Shown: piece by piece, positions 20,741-31,429 of the stretch
Layout of the letters: every line of letters starts with the position of its first letter
Position numbering within the stretch: position 1 is the stretch's first letter
From: a virus
Lineage: Duplodnaviria; Caudoviricetes
IMG/VR virus record: IMGVR_UViG_3300022934_000023
Location: 1 to 56,796 of that record
Strand: one strand, 5' to 3'
DNA: 56,796 nt
Translations under genes and position numbers: made by a program
Notes under the pieces: model-generated
What the model saw: the letters and a program-made list of their open reading frames with translations, nothing else
Database searches by the model: none
Told to the model about the DNA's origin: nothing

Positions 20741-23700
20741 GTGGTAGACATTGCACAGCAAATGCAGAATATGCAGCTTAATCTTGCAAAGCCGACAGAT
20801 CGTCCTGAAGATGACGCCGCCGAGATTGCACGTCAAACTCAGATTTCTAAGCTAGATAAAGAGCAACAGGCCGCTCGACAAAAGATCACAGGCGAGACCC
20901 CGGACACTACCCCTGCTGTGATTCCAGAACGAATCCGTACAGAAATGCAGCCGTTTTATATCCCGAAGACATCAATCGGAATACTAGGAATTGGGTCTCA
21001 AACAGAACGTGATCTGTATGGCGCTGTTGATCCCCGTAAAGTAACACCTAACGTGTCTGTTACGGAGGTGATCAATATGAAAAACCCTGAGAATGTTGCA
21101 ACATGGAACAACGTAACCGAGATCGTTGACTCAAAAGGCAACCCGTTTAACGTATCAGGCATGTCCCTCGAAGAGAAAATTTCTGCGGCGGACAGGTATG
21201 GTGCCACCCACTTTGTGTCAGGGGAGAACGAGTACGAGATACCGTGGTACAAGGCCATTGAAGACATGACAAGGATACCGAAAGGCATAAAGACTGGCTT
21301 CTTCGATAAGGGCATGGAGATCGACACAACGGATATGACTCCTTCAGATGTTGAGCGTGTTCGATTCGGCAACATGCTGTTCGCAGCAAGTATGAATGTA
21401 ACTAACCCTGAACTTGCACGCCCCTTGTATGCAGGATACTTAAACAACATCCTGATCAGGAATGGTGTAGATGCTAGAGGCAGAGCCGCTATTTTGCGAG
21501 AGCGGTTGGCCGATCCTACTATGGGCGACATCGAGAACGTGATAGTAGGTGCGCGTGACACAGTCGGCAGGAGCATAATCGAGACAGGATTGTGGCTCAC
21601 AGGAGAGGTTATCGACTGGTTTGATGGTGCCTTTGGAACAGAAGCAGCTATCTCTGACTTCCGAGGTCGTCAAGCTATTCTAGATGAAAAGTGGCCTACC
21701 ATGCCCCAGATGCTGCAAGACAGATACGCACAGAAGGGCGTCTACATCGATCTGTCTACTGCAGAAGACTTAGCCTACACATACTCTGGACTGTTGCCTC
21801 GTGCAACTCGTCTTGCTGCCGAGATGCTGTCTATCACAAAAGGCACCGGTGCAATCAAAGGAAAGATATCTTCAAAAGAACTTGCAAACTTTGAGAACTT
21901 CTTAGCAGGTGAACTTCGTAAGAATCCCGAATTGAAAGCAGACGATGTGTTTGAACTCTACGTTAAGCAGAGAGAAGTCGGATTTTATAGCCCTCTACGA
22001 CTTCGTTCTGAGAAAGGTCTAGAATCAGTAGTCAGGGATCGCATCGCTACCGCATATCAGATCGTAGACTCTAGGCTGGAAAAGAGCCAACGTGCCGAGG
22101 TACGCAACGTCGCTGAAAGGCAGGCGATAGCTATTCAACGTAGGGACTTGCTTGTTGACAAACAGCAGCGATCTTACGATCCTAATACGCAAATCCAGAT
22201 ACAGAATCTAAACGCTCAGATTTCAGAGAACAGAGTTCGACTGACACAAGCCGAACGCGCAAGCAGTGTCCCTAAGTTCATGCGTGATGCAAACGTACAG
22301 GACAAGTACATGATTGTAGGAGGCGCTGCGGTAGGTCACTTTTTTGGACAAGAGTTCGACATGGTCGATCCTGCCATTGGTGAGTTGGTAGGTATCGCCA
22401 CAGGTCTGGCAGTGTCTCTTGTGTCTGGTAGCACTCCTCGTGGACTACGTGATTTTAACAAAAGGATGGCGGGAAGAAAAGATATAACAGACCGCAAGAC
22501 AATGCAGATGGTTGTTACTGAACTGGCCTCTGCTTCACCCGATTTTGCTCGACAGATAGAGGCGAATGCACTGCGTATTCAGCAGGGCTTTGATGTGCTG
22601 GAAGCAAAGGGTGTTAATCCTAAGTTTTTGAATGTTAGTCTTCCTATCGTCATCGACTTGGTAACTTTGCGGCATTTCGCTGACGCAGCAAAAAAGAGTA
22701 TTTCTACTGGTGACACTCTTAATATGCAATTAGCTGAACAAGTTCAAATGGCCCATAAATCGTTGTCTGACTTGAACGGTGAGCTAAATCGTGTCGTAGG
22801 TGAGATGGGAACCTTAGAGGGTGCAGACAATGAGTTCTTTGAATTTATGCGGTCGATGTCTGAACAAGGATTTGCACTGCAGAAGAGCATAGAGAACGAT
22901 CTTACTATCATTAACGAGAAGGGTGTAGGTCGTTATTTGAACGCTCTGACTGCTAACTCGGGAATCCTAGATGGCATCGATACCCTTCCAGATGGCGTGA
23001 CTGCCAAGACTTTCCCTGAAGCTGTGGGTAGCCTGATGGCTAAGAACATCTTTAACGGAGAGGCTTTAGATCAAAAGGCTGTAGAGAAGCTTGCAGGAGT
23101 GGCTGTCAGGGAGGTAAACGATGGTCTCGTGACTGCCGCCGCTCAAATTCAGGAGCGTATAGGTGTACCTACAGACAAGCAGGCAGCACTAGCCGGAACT
23201 GTTTCTCCGCGTGTAGCAGACAACATTCATCAGAACACCTCTGGTTCTACTCTATTTGCATTTCAGTTAGAGTTTGCACATGAACACGCACACGGTATTG
23301 CTTCAGCACCCTACGCACATCTGCGAGATCCTAAGAAAGTAAAGCTGTACACTGCCAACGGTGATCCCCTGTCTAACGACATAACCGTGAACGTGTTTGA
23401 TGTCTTCCAAGAACTGACTGCAACAAGAAAGGGTGGACTTGTTCGCGAAGGACTGTCGGACGCCTCAATCGACAAGATCATTGAAGAGATATCTGACCCC
23501 ATCTTTGCAGAGCTTGCTAGGGTGCAGGGCGTGACCGTAGACGATCTGTTGAAAGACTTTAAAGCAGACCTCGAAGGTCCGGATTACAATTACCGTTTCA
23601 AGCCGAAGAGAAGTGTTCAGGCACAAGTTGCAGAGTTTTTACAAGAATCTGAGATGACCGAGGGATTCGATGCAAACATGTTCCGCATTGATCCGCTAGG

Positions 23701-25435
23701 CATCAAGAACCTCGACAGGTTTATTAGCCAAGAAGCATACAAGCTGAAGGATACCAACGCGGGTATATCACGGGCGCTCTATAATATCTCGGACAAAACA
23801 CTGGCTAACAAGATGAATGAATTTGTTGTGGACGGGGTTCCTGCAGGACAAATTATGATCGAGTTGCCCGAGGTAGGAAGAATCCCGCTTGCAACTCACT
23901 TTGAAGAAATCGGTAAAGGCTGGAGACAGTACAAGGAGGTATTCCACGATAAGACTGGGGGTGCTTTTATTCCGAGTCTGATGTTTAACAACCGTGTAAC
24001 TCTTATGAAACCTAGCGCAGAATTTCCTACGGGGATTTCTACACGCAAACTGCCCAGTCAGTGGCTACCCGCAAATCAACTGTTCCAGAAGGACAGCGCC
24101 GAGATATACATGAAAGCAGTGAACGGCGCTATGGGAAGAGAGATCGTTGATCCTGTGTCGGGTATGCTTACCCGTCGTCTCGTAGAGGGAGACTCGTTCA
24201 CGCAAGGTCAGCAGGCTATACTCAAAACCGTCGTAGGCGAGTGGGTAGATACGCAGATCGTGCAGGGCAACATGTCTATGGACGAGATTGCACAGACAGC
24301 GAAGGCAGCTTCTGAGAATATACGAATGGTCAGCGCAGACGGAACTAAGGATGTACCCCTCGTAGACTTTATGAGTATCGTCGATGATCACACTCGCTTC
24401 AGCAGGAAAAGTATCGGGGCGGCTAGATATGATCAAGAGATGGACAAGGTAGAGGCGGCGATTCAAACTCAGCTTGAAGTCGCTACAGAGCCAGCCAGAA
24501 AACTTTCAGACGGACTAAAGGATGCCGCTACAGTTATAGACAGGCTTACCTCCGACAATCTGCGGGGTGAAGATATCGCGACAACTCTCATAGGCGGGGG
24601 TATGGAGCGTTACAATCAGATTCGCAACAACATGCTCACCCTGACTAATGCAGCAGGAGCGAAAAAGTATACTGTAGAACAAGTCGATGACATACTTGCC
24701 AACGCTTACATCAACGGTATGCGTCGGAAGCTGTTCTCTAAGACCGGAAGAAAAGAAGCAAAGATCAAAGAAAGTCTGGACGGTAGAATCACCACCACTT
24801 TCAGCGACATGTTAGCAGAGAACCCTGCAGCTTTAATACGTTTTCTGGGAGAGACACCTGAAGAAAAGGCGGTAGCGATGCAGATTCTTGGTAAGGATCG
24901 CTACGAGACCGCAGAGGCAATAGCGTCTGTGCTGACAGAATTGACGGACAATCCTCTGGCAAGTTCCAACATAGCAGTTCGCGGAATACCCCGCGCACTA
25001 TCTGTAGAGAGCTACATCAGCCGTTTCTATGCGATCAACAGGGGAGTAGTTCGTCCTCAGTATGTAGGTACAGAGGCACTGTTGCAGACTCTTCGCTTTA
25101 AGAAAGCCGAGTTCCTTACTGCTATTCTGACTGATCCGCAGTTAGGCAGAGATTTCTTGGAGATGGTGCGAACTCAGAAGCCTTTGTCTCCTGAAAGAAA
25201 CAGACAGTTCTTCTCTGCGCTTGTCCAGCATCATGCGCTGTTCAGTCAGGCTATGGAGTCTGACAGGCAAGAGGTAATCGATCCCGCAGGAAGAAAGTTC
25301 TCTGTAGATGCTACACCAGACGACAAGTATCGTCTTGGATATCCCTCAGACTACGAGGGTTTACTGGACCTACCCAGCATGAGACCACGTGAAAATCTCT
25401 TTGGACCCGGTTCACTTTTAAACATACAAAGATAA
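20741..25435 (+). CDS. Very large internal virion (ejection) protein
   Basis: 1564 aa, helical composition, last large gene of virion operon; S..SR.Y.I.RGVV...Y motif. Confidence 0.7.
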   Translation: MVDIAQQMQNMQLNLAKPTDRPEDDAAEIARQTQISKLDKEQQAARQKITGETPDTTPAVIPERIRTEMQPFYIPKTSIGILGIGSQTERDLYGAVDPRKVTPNVSVTEVINMKNPENVATWNNVTEIVDSKGNPFNVSGMSLEEKISAADRYGATHFVSGENEYEIPWYKAIEDMTRIPKGIKTGFFDKGMEIDTTDMTPSDVERVRFGNMLFAASMNVTNPELARPLYAGYLNNILIRNGVDARGRAAILRERLADPTMGDIENVIVGARDTVGRSIIETGLWLTGEVIDWFDGAFGTEAAISDFRGRQAILDEKWPTMPQMLQDRYAQKGVYIDLSTAEDLAYTYSGLLPRATRLAAEMLSITKGTGAIKGKISSKELANFENFLAGELRKNPELKADDVFELYVKQREVGFYSPLRLRSEKGLESVVRDRIATAYQIVDSRLEKSQRAEVRNVAERQAIAIQRRDLLVDKQQRSYDPNTQIQIQNLNAQISENRVRLTQAERASSVPKFMRDANVQDKYMIVGGAAVGHFFGQEFDMVDPAIGELVGIATGLAVSLVSGSTPRGLRDFNKRMAGRKDITDRKTMQMVVTELASASPDFARQIEANALRIQQGFDVLEAKGVNPKFLNVSLPIVIDLVTLRHFADAAKKSISTGDTLNMQLAEQVQMAHKSLSDLNGELNRVVGEMGTLEGADNEFFEFMRSMSEQGFALQKSIENDLTIINEKGVGRYLNALTANSGILDGIDTLPDGVTAKTFPEAVGSLMAKNIFNGEALDQKAVEKLAGVAVREVNDGLVTAAAQIQERIGVPTDKQAALAGTVSPRVADNIHQNTSGSTLFAFQLEFAHEHAHGIASAPYAHLRDPKKVKLYTANGDPLSNDITVNVFDVFQELTATRKGGLVREGLSDASIDKIIEEISDPIFAELARVQGVTVDDLLKDFKADLEGPDYNYRFKPKRSVQAQVAEFLQESEMTEGFDANMFRIDPLGIKNLDRFISQEAYKLKDTNAGISRALYNISDKTLANKMNEFVVDGVPAGQIMIELPEVGRIPLATHFEEIGKGWRQYKEVFHDKTGGAFIPSLMFNNRVTLMKPSAEFPTGISTRKLPSQWLPANQLFQKDSAEIYMKAVNGAMGREIVDPVSGMLTRRLVEGDSFTQGQQAILKTVVGEWVDTQIVQGNMSMDEIAQTAKAASENIRMVSADGTKDVPLVDFMSIVDDHTRFSRKSIGAARYDQEMDKVEAAIQTQLEVATEPARKLSDGLKDAATVIDRLTSDNLRGEDIATTLIGGGMERYNQIRNNMLTLTNAAGAKKYTVEQVDDILANAYINGMRRKLFSKTGRKEAKIKESLDGRITTTFSDMLAENPAALIRFLGETPEEKAVAMQILGKDRYETAEAIASVLTELTDNPLASSNIAVRGIPRALSVESYISRFYAINRGVVRPQYVGTEALLQTLRFKKAEFLTAILTDPQLGRDFLEMVRTQKPLSPERNRQFFSALVQHHALFSQAMESDRQEVIDPAGRKFSVDATPDDKYRLGYPSDYEGLLDLPSMRPRENLFGPGSLLNIQR

Positions 25436-25448
25436 GGGGAGTATCCCG

Positions 25449-25748
25449 ATGAAGATGTACAACAACGGCCCACGCAAGGCCATGATGTATGGTGGTGCCG
25501 CAAAGCGTAAGCCGATGATGTACGGCGGCATGGCTACCAAGAAAAAACCCCGCAAGAAGGCTCAAGCGGGGGGCATGATGACCACAACACAGGGTCAGCA
25601 GAATCAACAACGCCGCAATCAGATGCAGCCTATGGGTATGCCTATGATGGCAGGTGGCGGCAAGACGATGGTCAAGATGAACGGCAAAATGGTCCCTGAC
25701 TACGCTGTAGACGGCAAGGGTGCCAAAGACCTCAAGAATCGCGGCTAA
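25449..25748 (+). CDS. Small basic Met/Gly/Lys-rich protein with xxxGG repeats
   Basis: GGGGAG RBS; MMYGG twice, AQAGG, MAGGG. Confidence 0.7.
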   Translation: MKMYNNGPRKAMMYGGAAKRKPMMYGGMATKKKPRKKAQAGGMMTTTQGQQNQQRRNQMQPMGMPMMAGGGKTMVKMNGKMVPDYAVDGKGAKDLKNRG

Positions 25749-25954
25749 ATATATCCGCCTGACTTATCCATCATTTCATCTGTTACTGAACTAAAGTAAC
25801 GCAACATGGACGCTATGGAGTGTGACCCGTCGAATTCGGGCACTCCGGCGTCCATTTCTTTTTGGAACTCCTCTGGCCTGACCATCTGTTTGTCCAGTTC
25901 AACTTTGCCGTCCTGTCGCAAATACACATTAAAAGAAAAGAGTGTGGCCTTCAT
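25745..25954 (-). CDS. Hypothetical protein
   Basis: Start MKATLFS coupled to upstream stop. Confidence 0.6.
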   Translation of the reverse strand: MKATLFSFNVYLRQDGKVELDKQMVRPEEFQKEMDAGVPEFDGSHSIASMLRYFSSVTDEMMDKSGGYI

Positions 25955-26157
25955 GTCTGCTCTCCCGGTAGGCACTGGTATGTTATCGTGTAGGGCGGCG
26001 GAAGCTGCATGGGTATAGACATTATACCTGTTGTCATCTCCTGTTGACGCTCTCTGCACTCTTTTATTGTAGGCTTCAATCCCGTAGTGTCCTCAAAGTT
26101 GTAGCACGGCCCATCAGGAAGATAGACTGAGCATACTATCACCATCGCTTTGAACAT
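25951..26157 (-). CDS. Small Cys-containing hypothetical protein
   Basis: MFKAMV.VC...C...EC...C pattern; in operon. Confidence 0.65.
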   Translation of the reverse strand: MFKAMVIVCSVYLPDGPCYNFEDTTGLKPTIKECRERQQEMTTGIMSIPMQLPPPYTITYQCLPGEQT

Positions 26158-26623
26158 TGCGTAAGTCCTCTATGTAAAGGTTGTAGCAGTCTGCCCTCAC
26201 CTCGTATCCGTTGTCCGGATCGAAGTCACCCTTCTTCATGAATTTGGACTTGTCGAAATACTCCTGCTTTGGCATGAATCCTAGAAACCATCCCTTCGAG
26301 AAATCCTTTAGCACTCGTGTGAAAGCGTAGATGTCGCACTTCTGTCGGGTGTTGAAGTTGCTGATGCTACACGAGTAGTGAGGCAACGGGGTGGCAGAGG
26401 TTTGCTTTGTCTTTACCTCTACCCGCTGCCCATCGTCAAGAACGATGTCGTAGTCGTACGAGTTATCCCACTTGCCGCCCATGACAGAAAGTACGATCTG
26501 CTCCCCAAGGAACCCCGCTACGCTGCCACCGCCTCTCAGTATAGAGTTGTGCAGTAGACCCATCTCAGTGGCCTTCCTGCGGCCAGCAAGCAGCATGTCA
26601 TCACTTATCTTGACTTCGATCAA
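26114..26623 (-). CDS. Putative PD-(D/E)xK nuclease-fold protein
   Basis: G.LGE...YD.....EVKTK. Confidence 0.6.
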   Translation of the reverse strand: MIEVKISDDMLLAGRRKATEMGLLHNSILRGGGSVAGFLGEQIVLSVMGGKWDNSYDYDIVLDDGQRVEVKTKQTSATPLPHYSCSISNFNTRQKCDIYAFTRVLKDFSKGWFLGFMPKQEYFDKSKFMKKGDFDPDNGYEVRADCYNLYIEDLRNVQSDGDSMLSLSS

Positions 26624-26892
26624 CTGTCTTCCTCCACTCGGTTTGCGACGGATGGTTGCGGGGTGGATTCCACTGAATCCAATCCGTCCCTCGTTTCCAC
26701 GTTGGCGATGTAGTCTTCGATTTCGAGTTGCCTGTTTTCTTCTGAGACATTCGGCATCCTTTCCAAGCCTTCGACGAGTCTACGCTGTAGAGCCTCTGAA
26801 ATCAGACCGGCACGTGTATCCTCGTCCATCTCGAACGTGACGACTGCACCGCCGTTTTTGAGTTCGACGTACTCTATGACTTCAAGCCGCAT
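26620..26892 (-). CDS. Hypothetical protein
   Basis: Overlaps both neighbours in operon. Confidence 0.55.
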   Translation of the reverse strand: MRLEVIEYVELKNGGAVVTFEMDEDTRAGLISEALQRRLVEGLERMPNVSEENRQLEIEDYIANVETRDGLDSVESTPQPSVANRVEEDS

Positions 26893-28822
26893 TGAGGTCT
26901 ACCACTTCACACACACCCGCCGTACACGCCAACTCACGTGAGCCAGAGGTGTTGTCCTCTCGCTCGTAGTCGGACAGAGCATTCCAGTCGATCTGCAACG
27001 TGCCGTACCTCTGTTGCCACTCAAGGTACTCTTCACGTTCGATGTCCTGATACGGAGCCTGCTGATACGTGTGGTCAGAGTGCGGCAGGAACGAGACACC
27101 GGATGCAACATCAAAGTTCTCATACACCCACGCGCCCACTTCCATCCACTCGTGTTCCTTGACAGAGATAGTTACCGACGGCTTGTGTTCACACCAATGC
27201 AACGCATAGGTTTTCCACAACTCTAGCTGTTCGATAGCTGTCATCTCGTTGCGAGTGACTGCACCCTCCGGCGACTCCATCGCAAACGAGAACACCGTAG
27301 TCGAGTCTGGCTTCATCACGTCAGGTTCGCTGTACACACCCTGTTCCTTGAGGAACTGCGTCAGCGGGTCTTTGTTGTCGCCGCGAACGGTACGAATGTA
27401 GTAGTCGTTGTGCCTAGCGTGAATGCCGCTTGCAGCGTCCACCAGTTGCGACACAGTACCCGACGGTTTTACACAGGTGATAGCAGCCGACTGAGGAATA
27501 CCAAGTCCGTTTACCGCCAAGTCCCAGTTCGTGTCTACGGCGACGAGTTTCATTTCTTCGAGCCAGCGACGGGAATCGACGTTCTTTGACAAGATCGGAT
27601 GATCCATGATACCAGTCAAGGATACGCCCAAGAGGCGTTCTTCTTCTGTGTTGGTTCGCCATATCTTCCTCAGATACTTGAAGTCAGTAAGTGTGGACTG
27701 CAACGTGCCGAGGATCGTCGCAAGATGGACTTTTTCTTTCAAGTCTTCCAGCGTGTCGTGTTCACGAACAACCACCTCTGACAGGTTGCAAAACTGATAG
27801 GGACGCAGGATGATCTCAGAACACGGGTTGGTGCCCCACATGTGCCCCTGCTCACGACGATCATTGCGACCTACCTGTACGTCTGCAGCCTCGCGGTTAA
27901 AGATGCCACGCTCACCCGACTTAGAGTCGTAGAGGGCAAGCCACTCACGCATGAAGGTGCCCATCTCCGGCTTACCCTTGTACGCAACAGAGTTGTTGGC
28001 AAGAGCGCGTTGTCCCTCGTTCTCCCACCACGCACCAGACTTGGCGTGTGCCATCTGATCGTCGTTCAAGTTTGACAGAGAGATCAGGGCAGAGCGACGA
28101 ACGCCGCCAACGACAACGATCTCACCGATCTTGCACATCAAGTCGTGACACTCAATCGGGAAGAGGCGACGACCCTGTGCCTTGCGGAACAGTTCGACAG
28201 TGAAGACGAACAGATCGTTGAGCGGCCCCGGACCGGACGCACGACCCCCCATAGTCTTGAGACGCTCACCAGATGCGCGTACGTCTGACAAGTCCCACGT
28301 CGGAATCTGTCCTGCGTACAGCAACGCAATCAACTCACGCAACGACTTGGCCCACCCCGGCTTAGAGTCACCGACCTTAATTACAGTATCTGTGTCGTGC
28401 ATGGCGTCACTGACGACAGGCAGCTTGTCCACGTTCTCACGCTCGACAGAGAAGCCCACACCTGTGCCACACATCAGGATGTACATGCACTCATCAAACG
28501 AACGAGGGCTGTCTACAGGGATGTAGCTGCAGTTATAGCCACAGATGTTGTCACGAGCGAGGGCCGGTCCCGCAGTCATCATTGCCCTCATTGATGGCAT
28601 GATGTCCTGACCAAGAATGGCCTGACGTAACTTTCCTACATCGCCGGGACACAGGTATTCTATGTCAAAGTCGTGCTTCTTTTTGACGTGATCGACCATG
28701 AACTGTAAATAGCGTTCTACAGTCTCACTCCAGTTCTCACGACGCTGTTCGTCATCAAGCCAACGCGCATAGCGAGACTTGTGAATAAATTGTTGGTAGG
28801 GGGTGGGTAGCATATTATCCAC
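26882..28822 (-). CDS. nrdJ: Class II (adenosylcobalamin-dependent) ribonucleotide reductase
   Basis: TNPCSEI, VKPSGTVS, GGVRRSA, C-terminal ELAC..G.C; no beta-subunit gene seen. Confidence 0.92.
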   Translation of the reverse strand: MDNMLPTPYQQFIHKSRYARWLDDEQRRENWSETVERYLQFMVDHVKKKHDFDIEYLCPGDVGKLRQAILGQDIMPSMRAMMTAGPALARDNICGYNCSYIPVDSPRSFDECMYILMCGTGVGFSVERENVDKLPVVSDAMHDTDTVIKVGDSKPGWAKSLRELIALLYAGQIPTWDLSDVRASGERLKTMGGRASGPGPLNDLFVFTVELFRKAQGRRLFPIECHDLMCKIGEIVVVGGVRRSALISLSNLNDDQMAHAKSGAWWENEGQRALANNSVAYKGKPEMGTFMREWLALYDSKSGERGIFNREAADVQVGRNDRREQGHMWGTNPCSEIILRPYQFCNLSEVVVREHDTLEDLKEKVHLATILGTLQSTLTDFKYLRKIWRTNTEEERLLGVSLTGIMDHPILSKNVDSRRWLEEMKLVAVDTNWDLAVNGLGIPQSAAITCVKPSGTVSQLVDAASGIHARHNDYYIRTVRGDNKDPLTQFLKEQGVYSEPDVMKPDSTTVFSFAMESPEGAVTRNEMTAIEQLELWKTYALHWCEHKPSVTISVKEHEWMEVGAWVYENFDVASGVSFLPHSDHTYQQAPYQDIEREEYLEWQQRYGTLQIDWNALSDYEREDNTSGSRELACTAGVCEVVDLNAA

Positions 28823-29108
28823 GATCTATCTCCTCAATTAGTTTGTCCAAGTACCACTGTGCCTTTTTCAAGTCCTCGACACCATTCTTGTAGCGATACC
28901 GCCACAGGTACTTGATTATGTTGCCTTGCAGGTAATACTCGTAGCCGTCACTCGTTGCGGCTTCGATAGCATCGATGCACTCAATACCTGCTTGATTGTA
29001 GTGCGGTGGCGAATTGACCATGTCAGATCGATCCGCATAAAACTCGTTCAACAGCTTCTCTTCGTCTGCTTCCGTTGCCTTCATCTTCATGTACGCCTCG
29101 TGTCTCAT
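28815..29108 (-). CDS. DUF3310-like protein
   Basis: VNSPPHY..IECIDAI..GNIIKY.WR..KNG.EDL.KA.WYL. Confidence 0.85.
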   Translation of the reverse strand: MRHEAYMKMKATEADEEKLLNEFYADRSDMVNSPPHYNQAGIECIDAIEAATSDGYEYYLQGNIIKYLWRYRYKNGVEDLKKAQWYLDKLIEEIDRG

Positions 29109-29440
29109 CGATCATCCCCACTGCCACCAATCGTACCGGCAACCTTACGAGACTTCAACTTGTAAATGTTCATCTCGGCAACTTGCTGCAGGTCGAACCC
29201 CAAGTCGTTTGCGAGAGCAGCACAGTACCACATCACATCGCCAATCTCTTTGGCAATCTCCGCAAGAAACCGTGCATCAGTTCTGTCGTCACGGTAAATC
29301 TTCTTTACCTTGTCAGCAACCTCACCAGCTTCACCCGCGAGTCCGAGTGCAGGATACACGACCTTCATGTGTTCTGGGTAGATAGCAAACTTCTTGGCTT
29401 GCATCTGGTAGTTGTTTAGGTTCCAGTTTTCTTTGATCAT
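29105..29440 (-). CDS. mazG: MazG-like nucleotide pyrophosphohydrolase
   Basis: LGLAGEAGEV...EIGDV.WY...N..KL. Confidence 0.85.
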   Translation of the reverse strand: MIKENWNLNNYQMQAKKFAIYPEHMKVVYPALGLAGEAGEVADKVKKIYRDDRTDARFLAEIAKEIGDVMWYCAALANDLGFDLQQVAEMNIYKLKSRKVAGTIGGSGDDR

Positions 29441-29784
29441 TGATTTTTACCGAAGTTAATCTTGACGATGTTTGTATCAGGATCGTGTTGGACATCAACG
29501 CCGCTGCCTGTCTCTTCAATCATGGCCTCTTTCGTTGCCTCGAAGGCAAGTCGAGCCAGACCCGCTTGCATGACTCGGTCAAAGTCGTTCTCCATCAACT
29601 CGACCAGACCTGACAGGATTACAGTACCAGCGGGGATGTACTCGTCATCCTCATCTTCTTCTGTGGTATCATAGGCTGTCATGGCCACATGATCATCGTC
29701 GTCTCCCTGCTTAAAGATGAGGTACCATCTGTCTTTCAACAGACTGGCGCGTTCCAACGACATCGTAATATCACTTTCGTCCAT
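29437..29784 (-). CDS. Hypothetical acidic protein
   Basis: Start MDESDIT with GAGGAG upstream. Confidence 0.65.
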   Translation of the reverse strand: MDESDITMSLERASLLKDRWYLIFKQGDDDDHVAMTAYDTTEEDEDDEYIPAGTVILSGLVELMENDFDRVMQAGLARLAFEATKEAMIEETGSGVDVQHDPDTNIVKINFGKNQ

Positions 29785-30151
29785 TCTTGTACCACTCCTC
29801 TGGTATGCTGCCCTCTGACCACTCGAAACCGTGACGGTCAGCCCAAGCACCATACGTGGTCTTTGACCCCTTGTAAATCTTGTTCCGTGCGTTCTGGAAG
29901 AGAATGCGAATGTCGAGGTCAGGATTCTGTTCCTTGACTAACAGCATCTTCACACGGTCGTTCTTGTCAAACTTGCCCTTGGCTTCGACGTACACGTCTG
30001 TGCTAGGGAAGTAGAAGTCCGGTGTGTAGGTCCGTGGCTTTGGCACGAAAGTTACCTTACGCTTTTCGTACTCAAAGGTTATGCCCTTCTGACGCAAAGA
30101 CCTAGCTATGTTCAACTCGAAGTGTGACCTGTATCCGCCCTTGCTTTTCAT
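29771..30151 (-). CDS. T7 endonuclease I-like Holliday junction resolvase
   Basis: YRS.FE, YTPDF, EAKG, DIR..FQ, TTY..WA. Confidence 0.9.
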   Translation of the reverse strand: MKSKGGYRSHFELNIARSLRQKGITFEYEKRKVTFVPKPRTYTPDFYFPSTDVYVEAKGKFDKNDRVKMLLVKEQNPDLDIRILFQNARNKIYKGSKTTYGAWADRHGFEWSEGSIPEEWYKNGRK

Positions 30152-30531
30152 AGTGTCATCCCTATTGAGTCCATTCTTTTTTTCAGATACCCGCCCAGTT
30201 TTGGGGATAGTCTTTGTATACTGTCTAGTTCTCTTAATAGTGGCGATATCGGCACACAAACATTTGCTCCGTTGTAGGACAGTCGGCTAATGTTTTGCAA
30301 CTCAAGTTCTACCTGCCTGATGTCACGTGTCTCCGTGTCCGCAGACAGGAAGCCCATGTCAGGCGAGAAGTTCTCACGCAACGTAAGGGGCAACCCTCGC
30401 TCGTTCTGGCGAAGGTATGCCACCTTGCGTTCCCCACCGGCTTGCAAAACAGATTCGACAAAGACGTGACGGATGTCTTTGTTCATCTCCATCAGGTCGA
30501 TGTCGTAGTCGCGTACAAAGATGTAAGGCAT
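30148..30531 (-). CDS. Hypothetical protein
   Basis: Fills gap in operon, coupled to next gene. Confidence 0.6.
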   Translation of the reverse strand: MPYIFVRDYDIDLMEMNKDIRHVFVESVLQAGGERKVAYLRQNERGLPLTLRENFSPDMGFLSADTETRDIRQVELELQNISRLSYNGANVCVPISPLLRELDSIQRLSPKLGGYLKKRMDSIGMTL

Positions 30532-30535
30532 CGTC

Positions 30536-31429
30536 TTACAGTTCCTTTTTCTTGAGGCGACTGTACCAGACCTTTGGCTTACTCTTTGCGCGGGATGTTA
30601 CCTTGTCGTGGTAGACAGCGTTGGGCCAGCAATGACTCTTGTGGCCACACATACCGCATTGTTTTGCAAGTATTTTGTTGCCTGTGCGGACATCCTCACC
30701 ATCCTTGCGAAAGGTTTCGAATTCGTCCTTGAAGTCTACTGTCGGCTTTTTGGTAGGGTCTGTCAGTATTTTGACACGACGCGCTGCGTCCTTGAGGTAG
30801 TCAGCCTTGTCGTCCTGCGACCAGTCCGGCACCTCAACGATAGCTATCTCGCCGCTCGACTTGTTGACCACGATCCAGCCGCCGAAGGGTAGCCCTGTAG
30901 CCTCTGCGTACAGGAAGCCCTGCATAGCATAGCCAAAGGGATCGTCCCGCTTGATGGCCTCGTAGCCGCCAGTACCAGTGTACTTGTACTTGAATGCCCA
31001 CTCGCTTGCTGACTTGATATCCCAGACCTTCTCCTCGCCAAACTCGTCACGCAGGATTACGTCAAGTGTACCCTTGATCGTGTGCCCTGCAATCTCTAGT
31101 TCAACTTTTCGTTGGAAGTCCACGATCTCGACACCCGCCTCGCGTAGTGCCAACATCAGCACAGCCTCGCTCAGATCACCGAACAGGAAGCGGAACATAG
31201 AGTTGTACTCCATTGCTTCCCTGTGACCCTCTCGCTCCAGCAGTTGCTGACAGAGAGGCCGTCCGAGTCCAGACATACGAATACGATAGCCCTCTTCACC
31301 TCGCGTCATCTGCTTGGTGATGGCCTCGTTACAGTCTTGTGTGAATTGTGCGATGCTGTCCGGGGAGACATTGACCTCCCCCCGGACTGCGTTTTGTAAG
31401 AAGTCTTGGACTTTAAGCTGCGTCAACAT
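30536..31429 (-). CDS. PD-(D/E)xK (Cas4/RecB-like) exonuclease
   Basis: RMS.LGRP.C, G.LD...DIKSAS, Q...Y, C..C.....C. Confidence 0.8.
   Translation of the reverse strand: MLTQLKVQDFLQNAVRGEVNVSPDSIAQFTQDCNEAITKQMTRGEEGYRIRMSGLGRPLCQQLLEREGHREAMEYNSMFRFLFGDLSEAVLMLALREAGVEIVDFQRKVELEIAGHTIKGTLDVILRDEFGEEKVWDIKSASEWAFKYKYTGTGGYEAIKRDDPFGYAMQGFLYAEATGLPFGGWIVVNKSSGEIAIVEVPDWSQDDKADYLKDAARRVKILTDPTKKPTVDFKDEFETFRKDGEDVRTGNKILAKQCGMCGHKSHCWPNAVYHDKVTSRAKSKPKVWYSRLKKKEL

Noticed and set aside
20741-25435. Virion RNA polymerase in the 1564-aa protein
   Set aside because: No polymerase catalytic motifs recognised; sigma70-type promoters occur throughout
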